Below, one piece after another: positions 46,037 to 56,510 of a DNA stretch of 64,000 nucleotides. Origin of the DNA: an uncultured Bordetella sp. (GTDB lineage: Bacteria > Pseudomonadota > Gammaproteobacteria > Burkholderiales > SG8-41); contig CAZHFZ010000011.1 in the NCBI GenBank assembly GCA_964531455.1, positions 14,213-78,212 on the forward strand, given 5' to 3'. Positions within the stretch are counted from its first letter, which is position 1. The number at the start of each line of letters is the position of its first letter. The translations under genes were made by a program, and so were the position numbers. Under the pieces are notes generated by a model. It ran no database searches, was not told the DNA's origin, and saw nothing but the letters and a program-made list of their open reading frames with translations.

Positions 46037-46942
46037 TCAGCTCTTGTCGCGCTTGAACAGCGCATCCAGCTTCTGTTCGTAATCGTGATAATCGAGATAG
46101 TCGTACAGGTCATCGCGCGACTGCATCAGGTCAACCACATTCTTCTGGTGGCCGTCCTTGCGGATGTGCTGGTAAACCTTCAGCGCAGCGGCATTGGCAG
46201 CACGCCATGCCGACAGCGGATACAGCGCCATGCCGACATTGGCACTGGCCAGTTCCTCGACGGTGAACAGCGGCGTCTTGCCGAACTCGGTGATGTTGGC
46301 AAGGATCGGCACCTTCACCGCATCAGCGAATTTCTTGTACATCGGCAGATCGGTAATCGCTTCCGGGAAAATCATGTCGGCACCGGCTTCAACGCAGGCC
46401 ACGGCGCGTTCTATCGCAGCGTCCAGCCCTTCAATCGCCAGCGAATCAGTGCGGGCGATGATGACAAAGTTGGAATCGGTCTTGGCATCGGCCGAGGCCT
46501 TGATGCGGTCAACCATCTCGTCCTTGCTGACGATTTCCTTGTTGGGACGGTGGCCGCAGCGTTTCTGCATGACCTGATCTTCGATATGCATGGCTGCGGC
46601 GCCAAACTTGATCAGCGATTTCACGGTGCGCGCGATATTGAAGGCGCCGCCGAACCCGGTGTCGACGTCGACCAGCAACGGCAGATCGCAGACATCGGTA
46701 ATGCGACGGACGTCGGTCAGCACATCGTCCAGCGTGGAAATCGCCAGATCGGGCACACCCAGCGAACCGGCTGCAACGCCGCCGCCGGACAGGTAGATGG
46801 CCTTGAAGCCGCTGCGCTTGGCGAGCCGCGCGTGGTAGGCATTGATCGCGCCAACAATCTGCAGCGGCTTTTCGGCGGCAAGGGCGGCACGGAAACGGGC
46901 GCCGGCGGAACCGGGGACGCTGGCTTTGGACTGATCGGTCAT
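46037..46942 (-). CDS. isocitrate lyase / PEP mutase family enzyme, methylisocitrate lyase (PrpB)-like
   Basis: '[13 protein letters not shown]', '[11 protein letters not shown]' and '[18 protein letters not shown]' are PrpB/ICL-PEPM signatures. No prpC or prpD is nearby, so the substrate is uncertain. Confidence 0.8.
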   Translation of the reverse strand: MTDQSKASVPGSAGARFRAALAAEKPLQIVGAINAYHARLAKRSGFKAIYLSGGGVAAGSLGVPDLAISTLDDVLTDVRRITDVCDLPLLVDVDTGFGGAFNIARTVKSLIKFGAAAMHIEDQVMQKRCGHRPNKEIVSKDEMVDRIKASADAKTDSNFVIIARTDSLAIEGLDAAIERAVACVEAGADMIFPEAITDLPMYKKFADAVKVPILANITEFGKTPLFTVEELASANVGMALYPLSAWRAANAAALKVYQHIRKDGHQKNVVDLMQSRDDLYDYLDYHDYEQKLDALFKRDKS

Positions 46943-47242
46943 GACTTGAAGCTCCTGTAGAAATAAACAAGGCAGCCTGAGCTGCCGGATATCGGCAAAA
47001 TGTTATTGAAAATCCGGGTGAAATAAACTTTTGGGATTCGTGACGTCGCAGCGGGTTTGATCGGGATTTTATTGTTGGCGGGGCAGCCCCCCCGGGCTCC
47101 GGTCAGGCCGTCCGGCATCTGGACGAAACGGATTTACAGGCTGAAAATTGTCTTTAAAAAGATAGCATAAGACTGACTATTCCGCTAGGACGGACACGGT
47201 GGCATAATCCCGGCTCCCAAGTCTCACGATTCGGACTAAGTT

Positions 47243-48052
47243 ATGGCTATGGCAAAAAATTCCGGTGACGATTCGCAGGGCCGGCTGACCGGCACCCAAA
47301 GTATCGAACGCGCGCTGCTGTTGCTGCGCGAGATCGCTGCGCATAACCGCGCCGGTTCGCGCCTGCTGGATCTGGCGACCCGCACCAATCTGCAGCGGCC
47401 GACCGTACATCGCATGCTGAAATGCCTCGCCCACGAGGGCATGGTGCAGCAGGATTCGGAAACCCACCGTTATTTCCTCGGCCCGATGGCCTTCGAACTG
47501 GGCCTGACCGCCGCCCCGCGCTTCAACCTGCGCGAGATCTGCCATCCGGCAATGACGCGCATCGCGGAAGCCACGGGCGATACCATATTCCTGACTCAGC
47601 GCAGCGGGCTGGATGCCGTGTGCATCGACCGTCACGAAGGCACGTTTCCGATCAAGACCTTCACGCTGGAAGTCGGCATGCGCCGCCCGCTGGGCGTCGG
47701 CACCGGCAGTCTGGCGATTCTCGCCGCCCTGCCCGAAGACGAAGTCCGCAGCATCATTACCAGTAACGAACCCCGGCTGCAGGAACACGGCCTCAACAGC
47801 CCGACGCTGATGTCGCAGGCGCGCAAAGCACAGAAGCTCGGTTATGCCGTGCGTGAAACACCGACCCTCGCCGGCGTGCGTTCAATCGGCCAGGCTTTGC
47901 GCAACCAGAGCGGCGTACCTTTCGCGGCACTGTCGATATCGGCGATCTCCAGCCGCATGGCAGACCGTCGCCTGCAGGAACTCGCAACCATCCTGCGCAA
48001 TGAAGCCCGCCTGATTGAGCGCCAGATCGCCAACGGCATGGAAATCCGCTGA
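47243..48052 (+). CDS. IclR family transcriptional regulator
   Basis: N-terminal wHTH ('SIERALLLLREIA...LLDLATRTNLQRPTVHRML') and a C-terminal IclR effector domain. Confidence 0.88.
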   Translation: MAMAKNSGDDSQGRLTGTQSIERALLLLREIAAHNRAGSRLLDLATRTNLQRPTVHRMLKCLAHEGMVQQDSETHRYFLGPMAFELGLTAAPRFNLREICHPAMTRIAEATGDTIFLTQRSGLDAVCIDRHEGTFPIKTFTLEVGMRRPLGVGTGSLAILAALPEDEVRSIITSNEPRLQEHGLNSPTLMSQARKAQKLGYAVRETPTLAGVRSIGQALRNQSGVPFAALSISAISSRMADRRLQELATILRNEARLIERQIANGMEIR

Positions 48053-48110
48053 CACTGCAGTGCCTCCGGGCCTCTTGCGTTGCGGAAATAACAACAAGGA
48101 GGAGAAAACC

Positions 48111-49076
48111 ATGAAACCCATTTCCGGCGCGCTCGCCGCATTGCTGTTCGCAGCCTGCGCGGGCGGTGTTTACGCCCAGGCCTGGCCATCCAAACCGATC
48201 CGCTTCGTTGTGCCCTTCCCGCCCGGCGGCAGCAATGACGTGCTGACACGCATTACCGCGCAGGCGATGTCCACCGGGCTGGGCCAGCAGATTGTCATCG
48301 ATAACCGCGGCGGCGCCGGCGGCATGATCGGCACAGACCATGTCGCCAAATCGGCGCCCGACGGCTACACCATCGTCAACGTTCAAGCGTCGTTTACCGC
48401 CAACGCCGCACTGCGCCAGAAAATGGCCTACGACCCGCTGAACGACTTCGCCTACATCGGCATGATGGCGCGCGGCCCGCTGCTGGCTGTGGTCCATCCG
48501 TCGCTGCCGGTGAAAAACATCCGCGAACTGATCGCGCTGGCGAAAGCCAAACCCGGTCAGATCAATTACGGTTCAACCGGCACCGGCGGCCACAACCATA
48601 TGGCCACCGAACTGTTCAAGCGCATGGCAAACATCAACATCGTGCATGTGCCGTATAAAGGCGTCGCCCCCGCGCTGACCGACCTGATGGGTGGCCACAC
48701 CCAGATGGTGATGACCAGCCTGCCCTCGGCGATGACTTCGGTGCAGGCCGGCCGCCTGAAAGCCCTGGCTGTCGGCAGTGAAAAACGCTCAGGATTCATG
48801 CCGGAACTGCCGACCATCGCGGAATCCGGCGTGCCCGGCTACGTGGCCGAGTTCTGGTGGGGTCTTGCCGCACCTGCAAAAACACCGAACGACATCATCA
48901 ATCGCCTGACCACGGAACTGACCAAGGCGCTGCAGTCCTCTGACCTGAAGCAAAAGTTTGCCGGCGAAGGTTCAGAGCCCAGCACGATGTTGCGCGAACA
49001 GTTCACCAAATTCATCAACAACGAGATCGTGCGCTGGCGCAAAGTCGCGCAGGACTCCAACATCAAGCCGGAGTAA
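48111..49076 (+). CDS. Bug family (TctC-like) tripartite tricarboxylate transporter substrate-binding protein
   Basis: Start trimmed to MKPISGALAALLFAACAGGVYAQA (signal peptide). The Bug hallmark is 'PIRFVVPFPPGGSNDV'. Confidence 0.9.
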   Translation: MKPISGALAALLFAACAGGVYAQAWPSKPIRFVVPFPPGGSNDVLTRITAQAMSTGLGQQIVIDNRGGAGGMIGTDHVAKSAPDGYTIVNVQASFTANAALRQKMAYDPLNDFAYIGMMARGPLLAVVHPSLPVKNIRELIALAKAKPGQINYGSTGTGGHNHMATELFKRMANINIVHVPYKGVAPALTDLMGGHTQMVMTSLPSAMTSVQAGRLKALAVGSEKRSGFMPELPTIAESGVPGYVAEFWWGLAAPAKTPNDIINRLTTELTKALQSSDLKQKFAGEGSEPSTMLREQFTKFINNEIVRWRKVAQDSNIKPE

Positions 49077-49151
49077 TTGATGCGGGCCGGCCCTGTCACG
49101 GGCCGGTCTCCGCAGCGCCTTCGCAGCAACCCCTTCCGCCCGGGAGAGCCC

Positions 49152-50138
49152 ATGACCCGCAACGCCGTTTTGCCGTCCGCACCGTGCCTGCTGTTAACCG
49201 CTGCGCTGATCGCCTGCGCGATGCCTGCGTCAGCACAGCAAAACTATCCTTCCAAAACCATCCGCTTCCTCGTCGGCGCGCCCCCCGGCGGCAGCAATGA
49301 TCTGTTCGCGCGCGCCATCGGCCAGCAGATGCAGCCGGCGATCGGCCAGCAGGTCATCGTGGATAACCGCCCCGGCGCCAACCAGATGATCGCCGCCGAC
49401 ATCATGGCCAAATCGCCACCGGACGGACACACGATCTACATCACCTCGACCTCCTTCACCACTGGTGCGGCGCTGCAGCCCAAGCTCCCCTTCGACCCGG
49501 TCGCCGACGTCGCCGGCGTCACCATGGTCGGCCAGGGCCCGCTGGTGTATGTGATCCATCCTTCACTGCCGGCCAAAAACATGAAGGAGCTGATCGGCAT
49601 CGCCCGCGCCAAACCGGGCCAGCTCAACTTCACCTCGTCAGGCATCGGCGGCATCAACCACCTCGGCACCGAGGTGCTGCTGTCGATGGCGAAAATCAAC
49701 ATGGTGCATGTGCCGCACAAGGGCATGTCGCCGGCACTGACCGACCTGATGAGCGGCCAGGTGCAGGTGCTGCTGGTCAGCCTGCCCTCGGTGACCGGCC
49801 AGATGAAATCCGGACGCCTGCGCGCGCTGGCGGTCAGCACCGCAAAACGCACCGCCTTCATGCCGGAACTGCCGACGGTCGCCGAATCGGGCGTACCGGG
49901 TTATGACGTATCGCTGTGGTGGGGCGTGTTTGCCCCGGCGAAAACACCGAAGCCGGTGATGGACCGCCTCAATGCCGAGATCCAAAAGGCGATGTCCTCG
50001 GAGGTGATGAAGAGACATTTCGCAGAGTTCGGCGCCGAAGCCGCGCCGATGACGCCGGATGCGTTCAGCGCGAAGGTCAAAACCGAGATCGACAACTGGC
50101 GCAAAGTGATCCAGGCCGCCAACATCAAGGCCGACTGA
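49152..50138 (+). CDS. Bug family (TctC-like) substrate-binding protein
   Basis: Signal peptide, then 'TIRFLVGAPPGGSNDLFARA'. Paralogous to the neighbouring Bug genes. Confidence 0.9.
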   Translation: MTRNAVLPSAPCLLLTAALIACAMPASAQQNYPSKTIRFLVGAPPGGSNDLFARAIGQQMQPAIGQQVIVDNRPGANQMIAADIMAKSPPDGHTIYITSTSFTTGAALQPKLPFDPVADVAGVTMVGQGPLVYVIHPSLPAKNMKELIGIARAKPGQLNFTSSGIGGINHLGTEVLLSMAKINMVHVPHKGMSPALTDLMSGQVQVLLVSLPSVTGQMKSGRLRALAVSTAKRTAFMPELPTVAESGVPGYDVSLWWGVFAPAKTPKPVMDRLNAEIQKAMSSEVMKRHFAEFGAEAAPMTPDAFSAKVKTEIDNWRKVIQAANIKAD

Positions 50139-51388
50139 TGAGCACACTGCCCCGCAGAAATTACCAGCCCGGCGCGAAAGGCACGCTGAACAGCGTGCGC
50201 GTGCTCGATCTGTCGCGACTGGTTGCCGGCAATATGCTGACGCAGTTCCTCGCCGACTTCGGCGCGGAAGTGATCAAGGTCGAACCACCTGCGGGCGATA
50301 CGCTGCGCGCGTGGAAAACCAAAGACGTCCAGATCAACTGGAAAATCTACGCCCGCAGCAAAAAAAGCCTGGGGCTGGAATTGCGCAAGCCCGAAGCGCG
50401 CGAGCTGCTGAAAAAGCTGCTGCCGTCAGCACAGATTTTCATCGAAAGCTTCCGCCCCGGCACGCTGGAAAAAATGGGCCTCGGCCCGGATGAACTTCTG
50501 AAAATAAACCCGAAACTGGTAATCGTGCGCATCTCCGGCTGGGGCCAGCAAGGCCCCTACAGCAAACGCCCGGGATTCGGCACGCTGGTCGAAGGCATGT
50601 CGGGCTTTGCGTCGTTCAACGGTTTTGCCGACCGCGAACCGGTGTTGCCGCCGATGTATCTCGCAGACACCGTCGCCGGGCTTTACGGCGCGGCGGCGGT
50701 GATGACCGCCTTGCGTGAAGTCGAAGTCAACAAGGGCAAAGGTCAGATCATTGATCTGCCGCTGCTCGATCCCCTGTTCGCCGTACTCGGTCCGCAAGCG
50801 GCCAACTTCCGCCTCACCGGCAAGGTCAAGCCGCGCACCGGCAGCCGCTCCACCAACGCCGGTCCGCGCAATGCCTATCAGTGCAAGGATGGCCTGTTCG
50901 TCTGCCTGTCGTCATCGACGCAGAAAATGGCCGAACGCCTGTTCCGTTCCATCGGCCATCCCGAATTCATCACCGATCCGCGTTACGCCACCAATGCCGA
51001 ACGGGTGAAGCACGCAGAAGAACTCGATGCCGTGATCGGCGAATTTATCGCGCAGCGTACGCAAGCCGAGAACGTCGCGTTTTTTGAACAAGCCGAAGTG
51101 ACCATCGGTCCGATCTACGACATCCGGCAGATTTTCGACGACCCGCATTTCCTCGCGCGTGAACTGCTCGCCGACTATCCCGACGCCGACATGGAATCGT
51201 TTCCGATGCATCATGTCGTGCCGCGCCTGTCGGGCACGCCGGGTTCGATCCGCACGCCGGCACCGCAGCTGGGTGAGCACAATCGCGATCTGTTGCGCGA
51301 AGCCGGCGTCGATGATGCGGCTTATGCCAAATTGCTGGCGGCCGGCATAGCCTGCGCCGGCGACGCCGCCAAACCGGAAGAAGAATAA
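50138..51388 (+). CDS. family III (CaiB/BaiF) CoA-transferase
   Basis: Start trimmed to MSTLPRRNY... (TGATG overlap with the upstream stop). N-terminus 'VRVLDLSRLVAGNMLTQFLADFGAEVIKVEPP' and 'DLPLLDP'. Confidence 0.9.
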   Translation: MSTLPRRNYQPGAKGTLNSVRVLDLSRLVAGNMLTQFLADFGAEVIKVEPPAGDTLRAWKTKDVQINWKIYARSKKSLGLELRKPEARELLKKLLPSAQIFIESFRPGTLEKMGLGPDELLKINPKLVIVRISGWGQQGPYSKRPGFGTLVEGMSGFASFNGFADREPVLPPMYLADTVAGLYGAAAVMTALREVEVNKGKGQIIDLPLLDPLFAVLGPQAANFRLTGKVKPRTGSRSTNAGPRNAYQCKDGLFVCLSSSTQKMAERLFRSIGHPEFITDPRYATNAERVKHAEELDAVIGEFIAQRTQAENVAFFEQAEVTIGPIYDIRQIFDDPHFLARELLADYPDADMESFPMHHVVPRLSGTPGSIRTPAPQLGEHNRDLLREAGVDDAAYAKLLAAGIACAGDAAKPEEE

Positions 51389-51403
51389 ATAAGTAATTAA
51401 AGC

Positions 51404-51424
51404 GCGCAGCCCCGCTGCGTTTTT
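51404..51424 (+). terminator. possible rho-independent terminator or attenuator inside the cluster
   Basis: GCGCAGC-CCC-GCTGCGT followed by TTTT. The stem is short (6-7 bp). Confidence 0.45.
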
Positions 51425-51471
51425 GCCGAATTTTATTGTCGGTTCTTTTTGATCACTGCGAAGGATGCCCC

Positions 51472-52383
51472 ATGTATCGTGAACTCCCCGTCTGGCGCTC
51501 GTTGATGTATGTCCCGGTCAACGTTGAAAAATTCGTCGACAAGGCGCACACCCGCGGCGCCGACGTGATCCAGCTCGACATCGAAGACAGCGTGCCGCCG
51601 GCGGAAAAAGCCAATGCGCGCAAGCTGGTCGAGAAAAATGCGGCGCGCGTCAAACGCGGCGGTGCCGACGTGGTGGTGCGCATCAATCAGCCGCTGTCGC
51701 TGGCCGTGCGCGACCTCGAACATTCGATCTGCCCGGACGTGAACGGCATCGCCGTCACCAAGGTGTCGGGTGTGTCGCATGTGCAGCTGCTCGATGAGCT
51801 GGTCAGCGAACTCGAACAAAAACGCGGCATGGCCGTCGGCCACACCAAGTTCATCGGCATGATCGAAACGCCGGAGGCCTTTTTCAAGATCCGCGAAATC
51901 ACCACCGCGAGCAGCCGCATGGTCGCCTGCAATATCGGCGGCGAAGACTTCGCACTGAACTGCAATATGCAGCCCACCGGCGAAGCGCTGTTCTATCCGA
52001 AACAGCATATGGTCATCGCCGCCAACGCCGCCGGCATCATGCCGCTGGGATTCGTCGACAGTGTGGCGACCTTCGGCGACTGGGAAAATTTCCGCAAGAT
52101 GGTGCGCCGTTCGCGCGACTTCGGCTTCATGGGCGCGGGCTGCATTCACCCCGGCCAGGTCACCATCGTCAACGAGGAATACAAACCGAGCGCTGCCGAA
52201 GTTGAATACGCACGCAAGGTCATCGCGCTGGACAAGGAAGCCGCCGCTGCGGGTCGCGGTTCGTTTGCGCTCGACGGCAAGATGATCGACATCCCGATCA
52301 TCGTCCGCGCCGAGCGTCTGCTCAAACGTTTCGAAGCGATCTCCGCACGCGAGGCGCTGACGCTGGCGGCCATGAAGGGCTGA
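51472..52383 (+). CDS. HpcH/HpaI aldolase / citrate lyase beta (CitE)-like acyl-CoA lyase
   Basis: Start trimmed to MYRELPVWRSLMYVPVN... 'IQLDIEDSV' and 'FIGMIETPEA' are typical of CitE, citramalyl-CoA and malyl-CoA lyases. Confidence 0.85.
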   Translation: MYRELPVWRSLMYVPVNVEKFVDKAHTRGADVIQLDIEDSVPPAEKANARKLVEKNAARVKRGGADVVVRINQPLSLAVRDLEHSICPDVNGIAVTKVSGVSHVQLLDELVSELEQKRGMAVGHTKFIGMIETPEAFFKIREITTASSRMVACNIGGEDFALNCNMQPTGEALFYPKQHMVIAANAAGIMPLGFVDSVATFGDWENFRKMVRRSRDFGFMGAGCIHPGQVTIVNEEYKPSAAEVEYARKVIALDKEAAAAGRGSFALDGKMIDIPIIVRAERLLKRFEAISAREALTLAAMKG

Positions 52384-52491
52384 TCTGTTTCTTCATGCAG
52401 CCTTGCGTGCTGCAGTGATTCTCTTTCCCGGGCGCCTCGGATAGGATGGCGCGTCACGGTTGCGCTGCGCAGCCGTTCCGGGGGAGAGATT

Positions 52492-53463
52492 ATGAAAATA
52501 ATCAATAAAATCATATATTTACTGATATCCGCTTTATCAGCATCCAGCCTCACTGCGTGGGCACAGCCCGCAGCAACGTTCCCGACCAAGCCGGTGCGCA
52601 TCATCGTCGCCTTCCCGCCGGGCAGTTCAACCGACATCGTTGCCCGTGTCGTCGGCGAACGCCTGACCGAGATCTGGGGCCACAACGTCATCGTCGAAAA
52701 CCGTCCCGGCGCTTCCGGCAATATCGGCACCCAGGTCGCGCTGCGCGCCAATCCTGACGGCCATACGCTGCTGATGAACAGCTCGGCCATCGCGGTCAAT
52801 GTGAGCCTCTATTCAAAGCCCGGTTACGCGATGAAGGACCTCGCGCCCATCCTGCAGGGACCTACCACGCCCAACCTGATCACCGTGCATCCTTCGGTGA
52901 AAGCGAAAACGCTGCAGGAACTGATCGCCCTCGCGAAGACGACGCCGATGAGCTACGGCTCTTCGGGTACCGGCACGACGCCGCACCTCGACATGGAACT
53001 GCTGTTCAAATCACTGGCCAAGGTTGACATCACCCATGTTCCGTACAGCCCTGCTGCTGCTGCGACAGCCGTGGTCGCGAATCAGGTGCCGATCGGGTCG
53101 ACTTCAATGCCGCCGGCCGTGCCCCATGTCAAAAGCGGCCGGCTGCGCGCCATTGCCGTCACCTCGGCGAAACGTTCCAGCGTCTTGCCCGATGTGCCGA
53201 CCGTCGCGGAGTCGGGTTTCCCCGGGTTTGACGATTACACGTGGTTCTCGGTGTTCGCACCGGCTGGCATCTCTTCGGCGGTCGTCAATCAGGTCAACCG
53301 TGATTTCACCACTGCGCTGCAGTCGCCCGCAGCAAAAGAGCGCCTCGCCGCACTGTCGCTGGAATTTACGCCGAACACCGCGGCCGAATTTGCGGCGCGC
53401 CTGAAAACCGAAGTCGAAAAATACGCACAGATCGTCAAGCAGTCCGGCGCACGTGTGGATTGA
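52492..53463 (+). CDS. Bug family (TctC-like) substrate-binding protein
   Basis: AT-rich signal-peptide-coding 5' end, then 'PVRIIVAFPPGSSTDIVARV'. Confidence 0.9.
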   Translation: MKIINKIIYLLISALSASSLTAWAQPAATFPTKPVRIIVAFPPGSSTDIVARVVGERLTEIWGHNVIVENRPGASGNIGTQVALRANPDGHTLLMNSSAIAVNVSLYSKPGYAMKDLAPILQGPTTPNLITVHPSVKAKTLQELIALAKTTPMSYGSSGTGTTPHLDMELLFKSLAKVDITHVPYSPAAAATAVVANQVPIGSTSMPPAVPHVKSGRLRAIAVTSAKRSSVLPDVPTVAESGFPGFDDYTWFSVFAPAGISSAVVNQVNRDFTTALQSPAAKERLAALSLEFTPNTAAEFAARLKTEVEKYAQIVKQSGARVD

Positions 53464-53483
53464 ATTCAAATCGACAACCCATC

Positions 53484-54335
53484 ATGCGCAACGTCAGCGA
53501 ATCCACCATCACCCAGGCCGTCGTTCATTCCTTCGACGGCGCCGCCGATCCGCGATTCAGGCAGATCATCGAAAGCCTGACCCGGCATCTGCATGCCTTC
53601 GCTCGCGAGGTCGACCTGACACCGCAGGAATGGAAAGCCGGCATCGATTTTCTTTACCAGGCCGGCCGGATTTCGGATGAGAAACGCAACGAGTTCATCC
53701 TGACCTCCGACGTGCTCGGGCTGTCGTCGCTGGTGGACATGCTGCAAAGCGACGCCGGCGCCACTGAACGCAGTGCACTGGGACCGTTTCACTCCGAAGG
53801 TTCACCTGCGCTGGCGGTGGGCGGCAATCTGAAGCAGCACAATGATGGCGAACCGCTGCTGGTGCACGGCCGTGTGCTCGATGAATCCGGCAAACCCGTC
53901 GCCGGGGCGCAACTCGATTTCTGGCAGGCCGCGGTCAACGGCAAATACTGGCAGCAGGACCCGGCGCAGCATCCGCACAACCTGCGCTTCCGCATGACCA
54001 CCGGTGATGACGGCGTGTATGCCTTCACCACGGTGCAACCTGCACCGTACAGCGTGCCCTATGACGGCCCGGTCGGTGACCTGTTGCGCGCCGGCGGCCG
54101 TCATGCATGGCGTCCCGCTCATTTTCATTTCATCGTCGGCGCAAGCGGATTCCGACCGCTGACCACGGAAGTGTTTTTTTCGGGCGATCCCTACCTCGAC
54201 AGCGACGCCATTTTCGGCGTGCGCGAATCGCTGGTGGTCACGGTCGCCCCCAATACCGACGCGGCACTGGCCAAACGCTACGGCCTCACCGTGCCTTTTC
54301 ACAGCGTGGGTTTCGACTTCAAACTGGGTCGATGA
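53484..54335 (+). CDS. intradiol ring-cleavage dioxygenase (hydroxyquinol / catechol 1,2-dioxygenase family)
   Basis: Intradiol signature region 'LLVHGRVLDESGKPVAGAQLDFWQAAVNGKY' and 'RPAHFHFIV' (Fe ligand His). An alternative TTG start at 53460 overlaps the upstream stop. Confidence 0.85.
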   Translation: MRNVSESTITQAVVHSFDGAADPRFRQIIESLTRHLHAFAREVDLTPQEWKAGIDFLYQAGRISDEKRNEFILTSDVLGLSSLVDMLQSDAGATERSALGPFHSEGSPALAVGGNLKQHNDGEPLLVHGRVLDESGKPVAGAQLDFWQAAVNGKYWQQDPAQHPHNLRFRMTTGDDGVYAFTTVQPAPYSVPYDGPVGDLLRAGGRHAWRPAHFHFIVGASGFRPLTTEVFFSGDPYLDSDAIFGVRESLVVTVAPNTDAALAKRYGLTVPFHSVGFDFKLGR

Positions 54336-54404
54336 AGTAACGCCGCGGGCCCGCGGTGCCGTAAAATCGCAAGTTCCCCCTGTAATTACCGAGGTTAGTC
54401 ACGC

Positions 54405-55256
54405 ATGTCCGCAGAACTCGAGTCGCTGAAAGAATGGATCGGCCGCACTGAAACGGCTGTTGATTACGTCACCGTCCCCGCGGTCAACCGCCTGTCGGCA
54501 ACGCTGGACCGCGATGACGCATTCCCGAAAATGGGCGATCCGCTGCCGATCGGCTGGCACTCGACCCTGTTCCCGCGCGTGGTGCGCCAGTCACAGATCG
54601 GTCCTGACGGACATCCGGCGCGCGGCGACTTCCTGCCGCCGGTGCCGCTGCCGCGGCGCATGTTCGCCGGCAAACGCACGACCTTCATCGCGCCGCTGAT
54701 CATCGGCGATGAGGTGCACCGCGAATCGACAATCCAGAACGTCACCATCAAGGACGGCCGTAGCGGGCGCATGGTGTTTGTTACCGTAAAAACGGACATT
54801 CGAAATGCCAAGGGTGTGGCCATCAGCGAAGAGCAGGACATTGTTTACCGCGGCGAACCTGACAAGAATGCACCGCCGCAGCCGCCACAACCCGCGCCCG
54901 GCAAAGCGGTGTGGAAGCACGAAGTCACGCCGGATCCGGTGATGCTGTTCCGTTATTCCGCGCTGACCTTCAATGGTCACCGCATCCATTACGATCATCC
55001 CTACGTCACTGGCGTCGAGGGTTATCCCAATCTGGTGATGAACGGCGGGCTGACCACGCTGCTGGTGTATGAACTGGCACGGACCCATGCATCAACACCG
55101 ATCAAATTCATCTCCTCGCGCAATGTGCGTGCGCTGTTTGTCGGACGTACCATCACCGTCTGCGGCGAACCCTCGGCCGACAACAAGACTGCAAAACTGT
55201 GGGCGCAGGATGACACCGGTGCGCTGGCGCTGACGGCCGAAGCGGAGTTCGCATGA
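54405..55256 (+). CDS. MaoC-like / FAS1-like double hot-dog (R)-hydratase (itaconyl-CoA or mesaconyl-CoA hydratase-like)
   Basis: 283 aa. 'WHSTLFP', 'RRMFAGKRTTFIAPLIIGDEV' and 'FRYSALTFNGHRIHYD' are typical of N-terminal MaoC dehydratase family proteins. Confidence 0.75.
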   Translation: MSAELESLKEWIGRTETAVDYVTVPAVNRLSATLDRDDAFPKMGDPLPIGWHSTLFPRVVRQSQIGPDGHPARGDFLPPVPLPRRMFAGKRTTFIAPLIIGDEVHRESTIQNVTIKDGRSGRMVFVTVKTDIRNAKGVAISEEQDIVYRGEPDKNAPPQPPQPAPGKAVWKHEVTPDPVMLFRYSALTFNGHRIHYDHPYVTGVEGYPNLVMNGGLTTLLVYELARTHASTPIKFISSRNVRALFVGRTITVCGEPSADNKTAKLWAQDDTGALALTAEAEFA

Positions 55257-55269
55257 AAGGGGGCAGATA

Positions 55270-56484
55270 ATGTCCGGCGGACCGCTTGAAGGCGTACGCA
55301 TCATCGACCTGACTTCGGTCGTGGTCGGCCCGCTGGCAACACAAATCCTTGCTGACCACGGCGCGGAAGTGATCAAGGTCGAAACCAAATCCGGCGACCT
55401 GATCCGCAACATGAACGGCAAGTCGGTGACGCCGGGCATGGGCGCGAAGTTCCTGCACCTCAACCGCAACAAGCGCTCCATCGTGCTGGATCTGAAAAAT
55501 CCCGCCGGTCACGCCGCACTGTTGAAGCTGATCGAAAAAGCCGACGTGCTGGTATGGAACGTGCGCCCACCGGCGATGGCGCGGCTGAAGTTGTCCTATG
55601 AGGACGTGCGCAAGATTAATCCGGGGATTATTTACTGCGGCATGTTCGGTTTCGGCCAGGACGGCCGCTACCGCGAGAAGCCGGCCTACGACACTATTAT
55701 CCAGGGTTCCGGCGGGATGGCTGCGCTGCATCACCGTGCCACCGGCGAGCCGCGCTTCGTGCCGATGGTGGTCGCCGACAAGACGGTGGGCCTTATTGCC
55801 GTGCAGATGATCGCGATGGCGCTGTACCGCAAGGCCAAGACCGGCGAAGGTTGCTCGATTGAAATTCCGATGTTCGAGAACCTGGTCAAGTTCGTGCTCG
55901 AAGAGCACATGTACCTGAAGACTTTTGATCCGCCGCTCGGCGAAACCGGTGACCCGCGTCTGCTTGATCCGCTGGGCAAACCGATCCCGACCAAAGACAG
56001 CTGGATCTGCCTCTCGGCCAACACCAACGACCAGGCCTTCGCCTTTTTCAAGGCCATCGGCCAGCCTGAACTGAAGGATGATCCGCGCTTCTGCAGCGTG
56101 CAGGCCCGCTTCGCCAATGTGAAGGCCTATTTCGAAGTACGCATGGCCGCACTGAAAAGTAAAACCACCGCCGAGTGGCTGGAGATTTTCGACAAGGCCG
56201 ATGTACCGGCGATGCCGTATCACACGCTCGACAGCGTGCTGGAAGATCCGCACCTGCAGGACATCGGCTTCTTCGAAATGAAAGACCATCCGACCGAAGG
56301 CCGAACGCGCAACATACGTCTGCCGAACAAATGGTCATGCGGGGTACGCGATGGCTGGAATCCCGCGCCAAAACTGGGCGAGCAGAGCATCGAAATCCTG
56401 CGCGAAGCAGGATTGTCCGAAGCGGAGATACAGGGGTTGCTTGATAGCGGAGCAACCACCGACGGGCGCATTAAAAAAACCTAA
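55270..56484 (+). CDS. family III (CaiB/BaiF) CoA-transferase, second copy
   Basis: 'VRIIDLTSVVVGPLATQILADHGAEVIKVETKSGD'. 404 aa. Confidence 0.9.
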   Translation: MSGGPLEGVRIIDLTSVVVGPLATQILADHGAEVIKVETKSGDLIRNMNGKSVTPGMGAKFLHLNRNKRSIVLDLKNPAGHAALLKLIEKADVLVWNVRPPAMARLKLSYEDVRKINPGIIYCGMFGFGQDGRYREKPAYDTIIQGSGGMAALHHRATGEPRFVPMVVADKTVGLIAVQMIAMALYRKAKTGEGCSIEIPMFENLVKFVLEEHMYLKTFDPPLGETGDPRLLDPLGKPIPTKDSWICLSANTNDQAFAFFKAIGQPELKDDPRFCSVQARFANVKAYFEVRMAALKSKTTAEWLEIFDKADVPAMPYHTLDSVLEDPHLQDIGFFEMKDHPTEGRTRNIRLPNKWSCGVRDGWNPAPKLGEQSIEILREAGLSEAEIQGLLDSGATTDGRIKKT

Positions 56485-56510
56485 GGCCCTGCGGGGCAGA
56501 GGAGAAATAA

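Noticed and set aside
54343-54356. Perfect 14-nt palindrome CCGCGGGCCCGCGG just after the dioxygenase stop, considered as a terminator.
   Set aside because: No U-tract follows, and the next gene starts about 50 nt later on the same strand. It is more likely a chance GC palindrome or a minor RNA structure than a terminator.
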